The notes under the pieces: model-generated
Told to the model about the DNA's origin: nothing
The model's input: the letters and a program-made list of their open reading frames with translations, nothing else
Database searches by the model: none
Source: an uncultured Desulfarculus sp.
GTDB taxonomy: Bacteria > Desulfobacterota > Desulfarculia > Desulfarculales > Desulfarculaceae
Length of the DNA stretch: 64,000 bases
Direction of reading: 5' to 3'
Assembly (NCBI GenBank): GCA_963665125.2
Contig: CAXXUK010000001.1
Span: forward strand, 992,001 to 1,056,000
Made by a program: the position numbers and the translations under genes
In this document: positions 51,011 to 60,451 of the stretch, in pieces
Layout: the number at the start of each line of letters is the position of its first letter
How positions within the stretch are numbered: position 1 is the stretch's first letter

Positions 51011-51047
51011 AAACGAAAGGCCAGCCTCCGCGGGGGGAAACCGGCCT
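51011..51047 (-). terminator. Putative riboswitch expression-platform terminator
   Basis: Minus strand AGGCCGGUUUCC-ccccgc-GGAGGCUGGCCU-UUCGUUU between the aptamer and the thi4 RBS. Confidence 0.55.
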
Positions 51048-51077
51048 AAAGCCAAAACCTGCTTATAAATGGCCCAG

Positions 51078-51165
51078 TTGCTTCCCTACGCTGGCATTAC
51101 CCAACAGGTTCAAGGGGTCTGCGCACCATGCGCACTCTCAGCCGAAAATTCGGCTCCCCCAGCAT
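51078..51165 (-). ncRNA. TPP riboswitch
   Basis: Minus strand GGGGAG...GCUGAGA...GACCCUUGAACCUGUUGGGUAAUGCCAGCGUAGGGAA, upstream of thi4. Confidence 0.93.
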
Positions 51166-51321
51166 TACACTGGCGCGGCGGTGAAGCCGCTATGTGACCG
51201 CAATTGTTACCGCGGACGCCTTTGATGTCAATAGCGCCGCATTTGAAAAGTGAACTTGTGTGCTTGGTGTGGTGTTGCTATATACTAAAAGCATACAAAG
51301 GCCTTTCGGGTGAGGTGACAG

Positions 51322-51702
51322 ATGGTCGAGCAGCGTAAACGCACCAGGGTTGAATTTCATACAACGGCAGACATCCAGACAACCGGCGCCCGCGTTTTAG
51401 GGATGCAGACTAGGGACTTGAGCCACAAAGGGGTGTTTGTGCTGGGGGAATTGCCTCTTGAGGTCGGTCAGAAATGTGGAGTAACCATTCAACTGGGAGA
51501 CGATGAAAGTTCGCCCATCCTGCATATGGAGGGCAGGGTGGCCCGCCTAACGGCCGAGGGCGTGGCCATCGACTTCATTTCCATGGACCCCGATACATAC
51601 ATGCACCTGCGGCATCTGGTGCTGTTGAACGCCGAAAACCCTGTGGAGACGGCCAAGGAGTTTGTGGAACCTGCTTTTCCTGATCTGGAGGGAAAAGGTT
51701 AA
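51322..51702 (+). CDS. Single-domain PilZ protein
   Basis: EQRKRTR (RxxxR) and DLSHKG (DxSxxG). Confidence 0.85.
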   Translation: MVEQRKRTRVEFHTTADIQTTGARVLGMQTRDLSHKGVFVLGELPLEVGQKCGVTIQLGDDESSPILHMEGRVARLTAEGVAIDFISMDPDTYMHLRHLVLLNAENPVETAKEFVEPAFPDLEGKG

Positions 51703-51843
51703 GCATAAGCCCGGTTCTTGACAGAAATCATTCTTACGGGTAAAAAAGCAGGTCAACTGGGCCATTTCGGCCCGTTTTTAATAATATCCTTCCCATATCA
51801 ACGCGGTACCGAAACCGCCACAACCCTGAGGAGGCCCAAAAAA

Positions 51844-53037
51844 ATGGACCTATCCCGACGTGTGACCAGTATTGCACCTTCGCCCACCTTGGCCCTGGAT
51901 GCCAAGGCCAATGCAATGCGCGCCGAAGGTGTGGACGTCATCAACTTCACCGTGGGGCAGCCGGACTTCAACACCCCCGAGCGGATCTGCAAGGCGGCAA
52001 TCAAAGCCATCGAAGACGGCTTTACCCGCTACACTCCCGCGGCCGGCATCCCCGAGCTCAAACAGGCCATCTGCGACAAATTCAAACGCGACAACGGTCT
52101 GGACTACAAACCCGAGCAGGTGATGGTCAACGTCGGCGGTAAACACTCGGGCTACCTTGTGATGCAGGCCCTTTTGAACGAGGGCGACGAGGTCATCGTG
52201 CCGGCCCCGTATTGGGTCAGCTACCCGCCCATGGTCATTTTGGCCGGCGGCACCCCGGTGATCATCCAGACCAAGGAAGAAAACAAGTTCAAGCTGCAAC
52301 TTGATGAATTGAAGCCCCTGGTTAACGAAAAGACCAAGGCCATTTTCCTCAACTCGCCCAGCAATCCCACCGGCGCGGCCTACAGCGAAGACGAACTGCG
52401 CCCGATTGCCGAGTTCTGCGCTGAAAAGGGCATCCTCATCGTCAGCGACGAGATCTACGAGCCGATGATGTACGACGGCGCCAAATTCGTGGCCACGGCA
52501 TCGCTAAGCCAGAAGATCTATGAAAACACCGTCACCCTCAACGGCGTGTCAAAGACCTATGCCATGACCGGCTGGCGCATCGGCTACATGGGCGGTCCGG
52601 TTGAACTGATCAAGGCCTGCACCAAGATTCAGTCGCAGTCCACCAGCAACCCGACCTCCATCGCCCAGAAGGCGGCCGTCGAGGCCATCAACGGTCCCCA
52701 GGACGAAGTCGGCCAGATGGTGGGGGTGTTCGCCCGCCGCCGCGATCTGATTTACAAGCTTCTAAACGACATCCCCGGCGTGGAATGCTTCAAGCCCGAG
52801 GGCGCGTTTTATGCCTTCCCCAACTTCAGCGCCTATTACGGCAAGAAGGCCGGGGACAAGGTCATGACCGGCTCATCGGATCTGTGCGACCATTTGCTGG
52901 AAAACGCCCATGTCGCCCTGGTTCCGGGCAGCGCGTTCGGCACGGACGAGTGCATCCGCTTCAGCTTCGCCACCAGCGATGAGTTGATCATCGAAGGCGT
53001 AAAGCGCGTTGCCGACGCCTTGGCCAAACTCAGCTAA
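51844..53037 (+). CDS. Class I/II PLP aminotransferase (aspartate aminotransferase type)
   Basis: GQPDF, NSPSNPTG, SDEIY, SKTYAMTGWRIG; ATG 51844 follows GAGGAGG. Confidence 0.93.
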   Translation: MDLSRRVTSIAPSPTLALDAKANAMRAEGVDVINFTVGQPDFNTPERICKAAIKAIEDGFTRYTPAAGIPELKQAICDKFKRDNGLDYKPEQVMVNVGGKHSGYLVMQALLNEGDEVIVPAPYWVSYPPMVILAGGTPVIIQTKEENKFKLQLDELKPLVNEKTKAIFLNSPSNPTGAAYSEDELRPIAEFCAEKGILIVSDEIYEPMMYDGAKFVATASLSQKIYENTVTLNGVSKTYAMTGWRIGYMGGPVELIKACTKIQSQSTSNPTSIAQKAAVEAINGPQDEVGQMVGVFARRRDLIYKLLNDIPGVECFKPEGAFYAFPNFSAYYGKKAGDKVMTGSSDLCDHLLENAHVALVPGSAFGTDECIRFSFATSDELIIEGVKRVADALAKLS

Positions 53038-53071
53038 TAAATGAAATCGCTTCTCATATGCGGAGCGAAAC

Positions 53072-53104
53072 AAAAAACCCGGCCCACTCGGGCCGGGTTT
53101 TTTA
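53072..53104. terminator. Bidirectional intrinsic terminator
   Basis: AAAAAACCCGGCCC-actc-GGGCCGGGTTTTTT. Confidence 0.85.
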
Positions 53105-53122
53105 TTACAATTGATGTGAGTA

Positions 53123-53401
53123 CTACCTGCGGTGGGCGCGGCGGGAAGCCTTGAGGGGGTTGATCTTGATCTCTTCCTTCATTTCGCCCTTGACGTGGGT
53201 GGCGAAGTTGCAAACCCCATGGCGCCACTTGGCGGCCGGGTCCGGATAGCTGCGGCAGTACTGCATATCGCCGGCTTCGACCAGTCGATCACAGCCCAGG
53301 CAAGCTTCGATGGCCGGATGGCAGGTGCCGCCATTGTAGGTGCAGCCGTTTTTGCCCATCAGGGCGCATTCCTGACCTTCGCGAGTGGTCGTGCACAGCA
53401 T
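53123..53401 (-). CDS. PxxKW-family cysteine-rich protein
   Basis: AAGGAG SD; 8 Cys, PAAKW, CNFATH, KINPLKASRR. Confidence 0.8.
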   Translation of the reverse strand: MLCTTTREGQECALMGKNGCTYNGGTCHPAIEACLGCDRLVEAGDMQYCRSYPDPAAKWRHGVCNFATHVKGEMKEEIKINPLKASRRAHRR

Positions 53402-53678
53402 TGTCTTGCTCCTTGGGTGTTAAATAATCCGGTTATGTCACCGGTTGGATAATGGCAATAAAAATGACCGGGTCCAGCATTTTGTCCGGCCCTGTCAGAA
53501 TCGCAATTATGGTGGCCAAACAACATACTGTCAAGATTAAATTATAACTCGATTTTACAGTGAGTGACCGACCTTGACAAATAAGGCGCGCTGACGTAGA
53601 TAAATTAGCTTGGTTCAAGGAGAAAAACGCCCCTTTGAACGTCTACTAACCAGGGGCTGCGAAACATATTTGGAGTTA

Positions 53679-55220
53679 ATGAAAGTGGCTAACAACGGCG
53701 AAAAGAAAAAGCCCAGCGGGGCCAAGCCAGACAACATCCTCGATGAAAACAATCTAATACGCCAGCGCCGTAAAAAAGCCGCTGACATCAAGGAGATGGG
53801 GTTCCCCCTCTTCCCCAATACGTTTCGCCCCCGTGACGCCATCGGCGAACTCCGGGCCCAGTACGACAACCTCGACGCCGCCAGGCTCGAGTCACTGGAA
53901 GACACCAAATTCACCCTCGCCGGCCGGATCATTGCCATACGCAGCTTCGGCAAGGCCGCCTTTGTCAAATTGCGTGACCGCACCGGTACTTTGCAGCTGC
54001 ATCTCCAGAAAGATATTTTGGGCGACAGCTTCGCGTTGTTCAAGAAGCTGGACGTGGGCGACATAATAGGTGTGAGCGGCTCGCTTTTCCGCACAAAGAC
54101 CAGGGAACTGACCCTGAGGGTTGAAACTTTCCGGCTGATCACCAAGAGCTACCGCCCGCTGCCGGAAAAATTCCACGGACTCACCGACGTGGAGGCGCGC
54201 TACCGCCAGCGTTACCTGGACCTGATCATGAACGACGAGGTCCGGGACATCTTCATCGCCCGTTCCAAGATCGTGAACACACTGCGGTCTTCGCTAACGG
54301 ACAAGGGCTTCATGGAGGTGGAGACGCCCATGATGCAGATCATTCCCGGCGGTGCCACGGCCAGGCCTTTTGAGACCTACCACAACGCCCTGGGCATGAA
54401 GCTGTATTTGCGCGTGGCTCCGGAGTTGTACCTCAAGCGCCTGGTAGTGGGCGGCCTGGAGCGGGTCTTTGAACTGAACCGCAACTTCCGCAACGAGGGC
54501 ATCAGCATCCGGCACAATCCGGAATTCACCATGCTCGAGTTTTACATGGCCTATGCCTCCTACGAGGACCTGATGTCCATCACCGAGGAGGTTTTCGGCG
54601 CCTGCGCCATGGCCGTGCGCGGCTCTTTGAAGTTCGACTACCAGGGCAGGGAGGTCGACCTGACTCCGCCTTGGGAAAATCTCGATTTCCGCAGCAGCCT
54701 CATAGAGATCGGCCATGTGCCATCGGAAGTGCTTTTCGATACGGAAAAGGCGCTCAATATGAGCACCCACCTGGGCGGCAAGCACAAGCCCGGCGACAAC
54801 CTGGGCAAGGCCCTGGCCAAGATTTTCGACGTGACCGTGGAGCCCCACCTGTGGCAGCCTACGTACATCACCGGCTATCCCCGGGACATATCGCCGCTGA
54901 GCCGCACCAATGACCTGGACCCGGAAATCGTCGACCGCTTCGAATTTTTCATAACCGGCCGGGAAATGGGCAACGGATTCAGCGAACTCAACGATCCCGA
55001 CGATCAGCGCGACCGCTTCTTCGAGCAGGTCGCCCAGCGTGAAGCCGGTGACGATGAAGCACAGTTCATGGACGCCGACTACGTCCGGGCCCTGGAATTC
55101 GGCATGCCTCCCACGGCGGGCGAGGGCATCGGTATAGACAGGCTGGTGATGTTGCTGACCGACCAGCCCAGTATTCGTGAGGTAATTCTATTCCCGCTGT
55201 TGAGGCCTGAGCAGGCGTAA
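53679..55220 (+). CDS. lysS: Lysine--tRNA ligase (class II)
   Basis: RYRQRYLDL, EVETPMM, FRNEG, HNPEFTMLE, GMPPTAGEGIGIDRL. Confidence 0.97.
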   Translation: MKVANNGEKKKPSGAKPDNILDENNLIRQRRKKAADIKEMGFPLFPNTFRPRDAIGELRAQYDNLDAARLESLEDTKFTLAGRIIAIRSFGKAAFVKLRDRTGTLQLHLQKDILGDSFALFKKLDVGDIIGVSGSLFRTKTRELTLRVETFRLITKSYRPLPEKFHGLTDVEARYRQRYLDLIMNDEVRDIFIARSKIVNTLRSSLTDKGFMEVETPMMQIIPGGATARPFETYHNALGMKLYLRVAPELYLKRLVVGGLERVFELNRNFRNEGISIRHNPEFTMLEFYMAYASYEDLMSITEEVFGACAMAVRGSLKFDYQGREVDLTPPWENLDFRSSLIEIGHVPSEVLFDTEKALNMSTHLGGKHKPGDNLGKALAKIFDVTVEPHLWQPTYITGYPRDISPLSRTNDLDPEIVDRFEFFITGREMGNGFSELNDPDDQRDRFFEQVAQREAGDDEAQFMDADYVRALEFGMPPTAGEGIGIDRLVMLLTDQPSIREVILFPLLRPEQA

Positions 55221-56446
55221 TGAAGTTTGAACTATTCGTGGCCCTGCGCTATTTGCGCGTTAAACGCAAACAGGGTTTCATCTCGCTGATCACCGTGCTG
55301 TCCATGGCCGGAGTTGCTCTGGGCGTGTGCGCGTTGATAGTCGTCTTGTCGGTGATGGGCGGATTTGAGCGCGAATGGAAAAAGAAGATTCTGGGGCTTA
55401 ATTCCCATGTCCTGGTCTATGGACTGGGCGGCGGCATTTCAGACCCGGAAAAAGTAATGGATAAAGTGCGGCGTGACCCCGACGTAACGGCGGTCACGCC
55501 GTTTGTTTACGGCCAGGTGATGATCCTGGCGCCGGGCGAGGCTAGCGGCGCCCTTATGCGCGGCGTTGACGTGCCCTCGGCCATCAAGGTCCTGGACCTG
55601 AAGAATATCATGGTCAGCGGGTCGCTGGAGGACCTGAAACGCCCGGAAGGTCAAATGCCCGGGCTCGTGGTGGGTATGGCCCTGGCCCGGTCAATGGGGC
55701 TGCACAAGGGCGGTGTCGTCACGGTGGTCAACCCGCTGGGAGAGGACACGCCCGTGGGGCGGTTGCCCCGAAGCGAGCCCTTCCAGGTGGTGGGTATCTT
55801 TGAATCGGGCATGTATCAGTACGATTCGAGCATATGTTTCGCCGCGTTGCCCGCCACCCAGGACTTTTTCGGCCTCGGCGGCAAGGTGTCCGGCCTTGAA
55901 CTGACGGTCCGCGACATTTATGATGCTCCAGAGGTGGCCAAAAGGCTTGACGATGAGTTGGGCTTTGCCTACTACACTCGCGACTGGATAGCCATGAACC
56001 ATAGCCTGTTCGCGGCCCTGAAGCTGGAACGGGTGGTGATGTTCATCATCCTCACGCTCATCGTAATGGTGGCGGCATTTGGAATAGTCAGTTCGCTTAT
56101 AATGCTGGTGATGGACAAGACATCGGATATCGGGGTGCTTAAGGCCATGGGCGCCTCGAGCAACATGATCAGGCGGGTGTTCACCATGGTCGGGCTGACC
56201 ATCGGTGTGTTGGGTACGCTTATCGGCCTACTGGGCGGCCTTGGCCTGTGCGCATTGCTGACCCGCTACCAATTTATAGAGTTGCCCAAGGACATTTACG
56301 CCCTAGGCAAGCTGCCCGTTGAAATAGACCCGATTACCGTTGCCATTATCGCGGCCAGTGCCATTGTGATCAGTCTGGCGGCCACTATTTATCCGGCGCA
56401 CAAGGCCGGTGCGATGAATCCCGTGGATGCTTTGCGTTATGAGTAG
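55220..56446 (+). CDS. Lipoprotein-releasing ABC permease (LolC/E/F type)
   Basis: ALRYLR, GVALGVCALIVVLSVMGGF, DIGVLKAMG, PVDALRYE. Confidence 0.92.
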   Translation: MKFELFVALRYLRVKRKQGFISLITVLSMAGVALGVCALIVVLSVMGGFEREWKKKILGLNSHVLVYGLGGGISDPEKVMDKVRRDPDVTAVTPFVYGQVMILAPGEASGALMRGVDVPSAIKVLDLKNIMVSGSLEDLKRPEGQMPGLVVGMALARSMGLHKGGVVTVVNPLGEDTPVGRLPRSEPFQVVGIFESGMYQYDSSICFAALPATQDFFGLGGKVSGLELTVRDIYDAPEVAKRLDDELGFAYYTRDWIAMNHSLFAALKLERVVMFIILTLIVMVAAFGIVSSLIMLVMDKTSDIGVLKAMGASSNMIRRVFTMVGLTIGVLGTLIGLLGGLGLCALLTRYQFIELPKDIYALGKLPVEIDPITVAIIAASAIVISLAATIYPAHKAGAMNPVDALRYE

Positions 56447-56494
56447 ATTGCCTAAACACCGCCATGTTAACGGGCGCTTGTTGGAGCTAAACAC

Positions 56495-57184
56495 TTGACA
56501 GAAGGCCAGCCACTGATTCATATAAGTAAGCTCGTAAAGGCGTACACCCTTGGCGGCCGGAAGGTGCAGGTGCTCAAGGGACTGGACCTGGATGTGGCCG
56601 CAGGCGAAATGGTGGCCGTATTGGGGGCCTCTGGTGTAGGCAAATCCACTTTGTTGCACATCACCGGAACCCTGGACCGCCCTTCTTCAGGGCAGTTGTT
56701 CATGGAGGGGCGAGATCTCTTCAAACTCGATGAAAACTCTCTTGCCGCCTTCAGAAATAAGCATGTCGGGTTTGTTTTCCAATTTCACCACCTTCTTCCG
56801 GAATTTTCTGCCTTGGAAAATGTAATGATGCCGGCATTGGTGGGGAGAATAGCCGAATCGGAGGCCAGGGAAAAGGCATTGGAGCTTTTGGAGTCGGTGG
56901 GCATGACCCACAGGCTCGACCATAGACTGGCCGAAATGTCCGGAGGCGAACAGCAGCGAGTGGCCATCGCCCGGGCCTTGGTCAGGGGACCCAAGGTGCT
57001 GTTGGCCGATGAACCGACCGGAAACCTAGATGAGCGTACAGGACAGAAAGTTTTCGATATAATAAGGAACTTGAACGCGGCCAGGGGCTTGACGACCTTG
57101 GTTGCGACTCACAACGAAAGGCTTGCCGCACAGATGGACCGCCGGGTCAGATTGGCTGACGGCCTGGCTCATCCGGTTGATTAG
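56495..57184 (+). CDS. lolD: Lipoprotein-releasing ABC ATPase
   Basis: GASGVGKST, GFVFQFHHLLPEF, SGGEQQR, DEPTGNLD. Confidence 0.92.
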   Translation: MTEGQPLIHISKLVKAYTLGGRKVQVLKGLDLDVAAGEMVAVLGASGVGKSTLLHITGTLDRPSSGQLFMEGRDLFKLDENSLAAFRNKHVGFVFQFHHLLPEFSALENVMMPALVGRIAESEAREKALELLESVGMTHRLDHRLAEMSGGEQQRVAIARALVRGPKVLLADEPTGNLDERTGQKVFDIIRNLNAARGLTTLVATHNERLAAQMDRRVRLADGLAHPVD

Positions 57185-57203
57185 CGGCGTGGAGCGAATT
57201 GGG

Positions 57204-59861
57204 ATGTATAGCGGCTCGGTGAAAAAGACCTGCTTGCTTGCGGCTCTTGTTCTGATCATGCTGGCGGCCCCCGCCGCCTGGGCTCAGGAACAGAACAAGG
57301 TGGCCGTCTTTCCTTTCCAGATTTTCAGCAGTGAACCGCTGAGTCATCTCAGTCTTGATCTGCAGAAAATGTTGGCCGATAGACTGGCCAAGGAAGGTGT
57401 CGGCGTTATTGATTCGGGCCAAGTGAATCAAGCACTTCGCTCCATCAATCAACCGCTGGACCTTGCCCTTGCCAGAAAGCTGGCCGACCAGTTGGGGGCC
57501 GAGTTCGCGGTCTATGGTTCGCTTACCAAAATCGGCGCCAGGGTCTCCATCGACGTCAAGGTCCTTGACGTCTTGGGCATTCGCAGACCCCAAACGGTCT
57601 TCAGCGAGGGCGTGGGCATAGACTCTCTTCCTGACATGAGCAATAAGCTGGCCAGGGAAGTCGCCGTACTGTCCTCGGGCCGCGAACAGGTCGCCGACAT
57701 TGAAGTCGTGGGCGCAAAACGCATCGAGGCCGAGGCGGTCAAGGCCGTCATGAAAACAAAGGCCGGCGGACCGTTCTCCATGATCCGTCTGGACGACGAC
57801 CTCAAGCGCATCTGGAATATGGGATATTTCGAGGACGTTCGCCTCAAGACCCGCGACACCGAGCGTGGCAAGATCGTCATTGTCGACGTCAAGGAAAAGC
57901 CCAGCATAAAGGAAATCCGCATTGTAGGCGCCAAGGAACTCGATCCCCAGGACATCAAGGATGATCTGGGCATCAAGCCTTTTGGCGTATACAAACCCGT
58001 CGAAATCAAGGAAGCCGACCAAAAAATCGTCGAAATGTACCGCAACAAGGGCTATTACGACGTCCAGGTCACCGATACGGTAAAGGATCTTCCTTCCGGC
58101 GACAAGAGCATCACCTTCAATATCGATGAAGGTAAAAAGGTCCTCATCAGCAAGATCGAATTCGAGGGCAACAAGTCCTTTGATTCCGATGAGCTTGAGG
58201 ATCTGATGAGCACTCAGGGTGAAGGATGGTTCACATGGATCACCGACGCCAACGTCCTGGAAAGCGCCAAGCTGGAACAGGATATCAACCACATCAGTGA
58301 TTTCTATTACAACCACGGTTTCATGCGGGCAAAGGTCGGAGACCCGCAGATCACCAGGGGTGAAGACGGCCTGATCATCACCATCAAGATCGTCGAGGGC
58401 AACCGCTTCAAAGTCGGCAGCCTGGATGTCCAGGGCGAAATGATCGTGCCCAAGGAAAAGCTGATCGAGGGGATGAAAACCAAGGTCGGCGAATGGTACA
58501 ACCGCCAGAATCTCCGGGCCGACATAATGGACGTCAACACCCGTTATTCGGACCAGGGTTTTGCCTACGTCGAGGTCAGGCCCCAGATCAAGGAAAACGA
58601 TTCCAACTATACCGTTGATATTACATTGGATATCAAAAAGGGTATCGAGGTCTATTTCGAGAATATACTCATCACCGGCAACTCCAGGACCCGCGACTAC
58701 GTGATCAGGCGTGAACTGAGCGCCGCCGAGGGAGACATGTTCTCCGGTACGGCCATCCGCAACGCCAACCTGAGGCTGCGTCGTCTGAACTTCTTTGAAG
58801 ACGTGCAGGTGACCACCACCAAGGGTTCGGCCGCGGACAAGATGAACCTTGGCATCAAGGTCAAGGAAAAGCGCACCGGCCAGATATCCCTTGGCGCCGG
58901 TTACTCCACCCAGGACAGCTTTATGGTCATGGGCTCCATCAGCGAGTCGAACCTGTTCGGCAGGGGCCAGACCTTGGAACTCAAGGGTCAAGTCGGCGGC
59001 AAGTCCACCCGCTACACCATCAGCTTTACCGAGCCCTGGCTGTTTGACCGGCCCATAAGCTTTGGTATAGATATTTACGACTGGGAACGCGAATACATCG
59101 ATTATGACAAGGAGGCGATCGGTGGACGTTTGCGCTGGGGCTTCCCCACGCCTCTTTACGCCACCAGATTCTATCTGTACTACAAATATGAAGAGGCCAA
59201 TATAACGGATATCTCGGACAGCGCGTCGGTGCAGGTCCAGGATCAGGCGGGCTGGCACACCACCAGTTCGGTCCGCGCCATGGTGCGGCGAGATACGAGA
59301 AACAAAGCCATCAACGCCGATGAGGGCTCCGATAACAGCATCAGTGTTGAATACGCCGGCGGTCCTCTGGGCGGCACCAACTACTTCACCAAGGTTATTG
59401 GCGACACGGGATGGTATTTCCCGCTCTGGTGGGAGACGGTTTTCGTGGCACACGGCCGCATCGGTTGGCTGACCCAAAACTCGGGCGGCGACCTGCCAAT
59501 GTACGAAAAATTCTACCTTGGCGGCATCAACACCCTGCGCGGCTTTGACTATCTGTCGGTCAGCCCCATGGACGCCAACGGCGACCGTATCGGTGGTGAG
59601 CACATGTTGCTGTTCAACTTTGAGTACCGTTTCCCCCTGGTGCCCAAGGCCGGACTCAGCGGCGTGGTGTTCTTCGATACCGGTAATGTTTGGACCAAGG
59701 ACGAAGGCTACCAGCTTGGCGATATGCGCCAAAGCGTCGGCGCGGGTATACGGTGGATGTCGCCCATCGGTCCGCTTCGTCTTGAATACGGCTACGTGCT
59801 TGATCCGGAGCCCGGCGACGACGACTCAAACTGGGAATTCACAATCGGAAGTATGTTCTAA
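57204..59861 (+). CDS. bamA: Outer-membrane protein assembly factor BamA with an extra N-terminal domain
   Basis: POTRA repeats, GNSRTRDYVIRRE, LRGF, SPIGPL, terminal F. Confidence 0.95.
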   Translation: MYSGSVKKTCLLAALVLIMLAAPAAWAQEQNKVAVFPFQIFSSEPLSHLSLDLQKMLADRLAKEGVGVIDSGQVNQALRSINQPLDLALARKLADQLGAEFAVYGSLTKIGARVSIDVKVLDVLGIRRPQTVFSEGVGIDSLPDMSNKLAREVAVLSSGREQVADIEVVGAKRIEAEAVKAVMKTKAGGPFSMIRLDDDLKRIWNMGYFEDVRLKTRDTERGKIVIVDVKEKPSIKEIRIVGAKELDPQDIKDDLGIKPFGVYKPVEIKEADQKIVEMYRNKGYYDVQVTDTVKDLPSGDKSITFNIDEGKKVLISKIEFEGNKSFDSDELEDLMSTQGEGWFTWITDANVLESAKLEQDINHISDFYYNHGFMRAKVGDPQITRGEDGLIITIKIVEGNRFKVGSLDVQGEMIVPKEKLIEGMKTKVGEWYNRQNLRADIMDVNTRYSDQGFAYVEVRPQIKENDSNYTVDITLDIKKGIEVYFENILITGNSRTRDYVIRRELSAAEGDMFSGTAIRNANLRLRRLNFFEDVQVTTTKGSAADKMNLGIKVKEKRTGQISLGAGYSTQDSFMVMGSISESNLFGRGQTLELKGQVGGKSTRYTISFTEPWLFDRPISFGIDIYDWEREYIDYDKEAIGGRLRWGFPTPLYATRFYLYYKYEEANITDISDSASVQVQDQAGWHTTSSVRAMVRRDTRNKAINADEGSDNSISVEYAGGPLGGTNYFTKVIGDTGWYFPLWWETVFVAHGRIGWLTQNSGGDLPMYEKFYLGGINTLRGFDYLSVSPMDANGDRIGGEHMLLFNFEYRFPLVPKAGLSGVVFFDTGNVWTKDEGYQLGDMRQSVGAGIRWMSPIGPLRLEYGYVLDPEPGDDDSNWEFTIGSMF

Positions 59862-59886
59862 ACCGCTTCACGGCAGGAGATCCTAA

Positions 59887-60423
59887 ATGATTAAAGCAAG
59901 CAAGAAACTTATCGCGGCCGGCCTTGGTGCTTTGTTGGTGCTGGGTTTGACGGCGGTTCCAAACGTAGCAAAAGCTGAAACCAAAATCGGTGTTGTTTAT
60001 ATGCTTCGGGCCATCGCCGAATGCAATGACGGTAAAAAGGCTCGGGCCGAGTTGAAGCGTCAGGACGAAAAAAGCCAGACCGAGATGAAGCAGCTTGGCA
60101 ATGAAATCAACAAACTGCGGGCCTACCTGTTTGACGCCCAGGATATGATGAAGAGCGAAGTGCGGGTGCAGAAGCAGTATGAACTGCAAAAGAAAATCAA
60201 GCAGTTCAATGATATGCGTGACGACCGCGCCCGTGAGCTCTCCGCCGCCGAACGGCGTCTGTTCGACCCCATCAAGCGCAAGATGGCCGAACTGATCAAG
60301 GCAGTCGGCACCAAGGGCAAGTATGAGATGATCATCGCGGCCGAGGGCGGCGTTGTTTATCATCCCAAGAGCGCCGATATCACCGACGAAATCATTTCCG
60401 CCTATGATGCGCAATATAAATAG
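59887..60423 (+). CDS. skp: Skp/OmpH periplasmic chaperone
   Basis: Signal peptide, KIGVV, coiled coil, DITDEI; located between bamA and lpxD. Confidence 0.85.
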   Translation: MIKASKKLIAAGLGALLVLGLTAVPNVAKAETKIGVVYMLRAIAECNDGKKARAELKRQDEKSQTEMKQLGNEINKLRAYLFDAQDMMKSEVRVQKQYELQKKIKQFNDMRDDRARELSAAERRLFDPIKRKMAELIKAVGTKGKYEMIIAAEGGVVYHPKSADITDEIISAYDAQYK

Positions 60424-60451
60424 ACGGAAAGCCTAAAAAAAGGATCGACAA

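Noticed and set aside
57147..59732. 861-aa antisense ORF opposite bamA, and similar ones opposite eno, valS, lpxD and thi4
   Set aside because: Shadow ORFs from codon bias in GC-rich genes; no recognisable motifs
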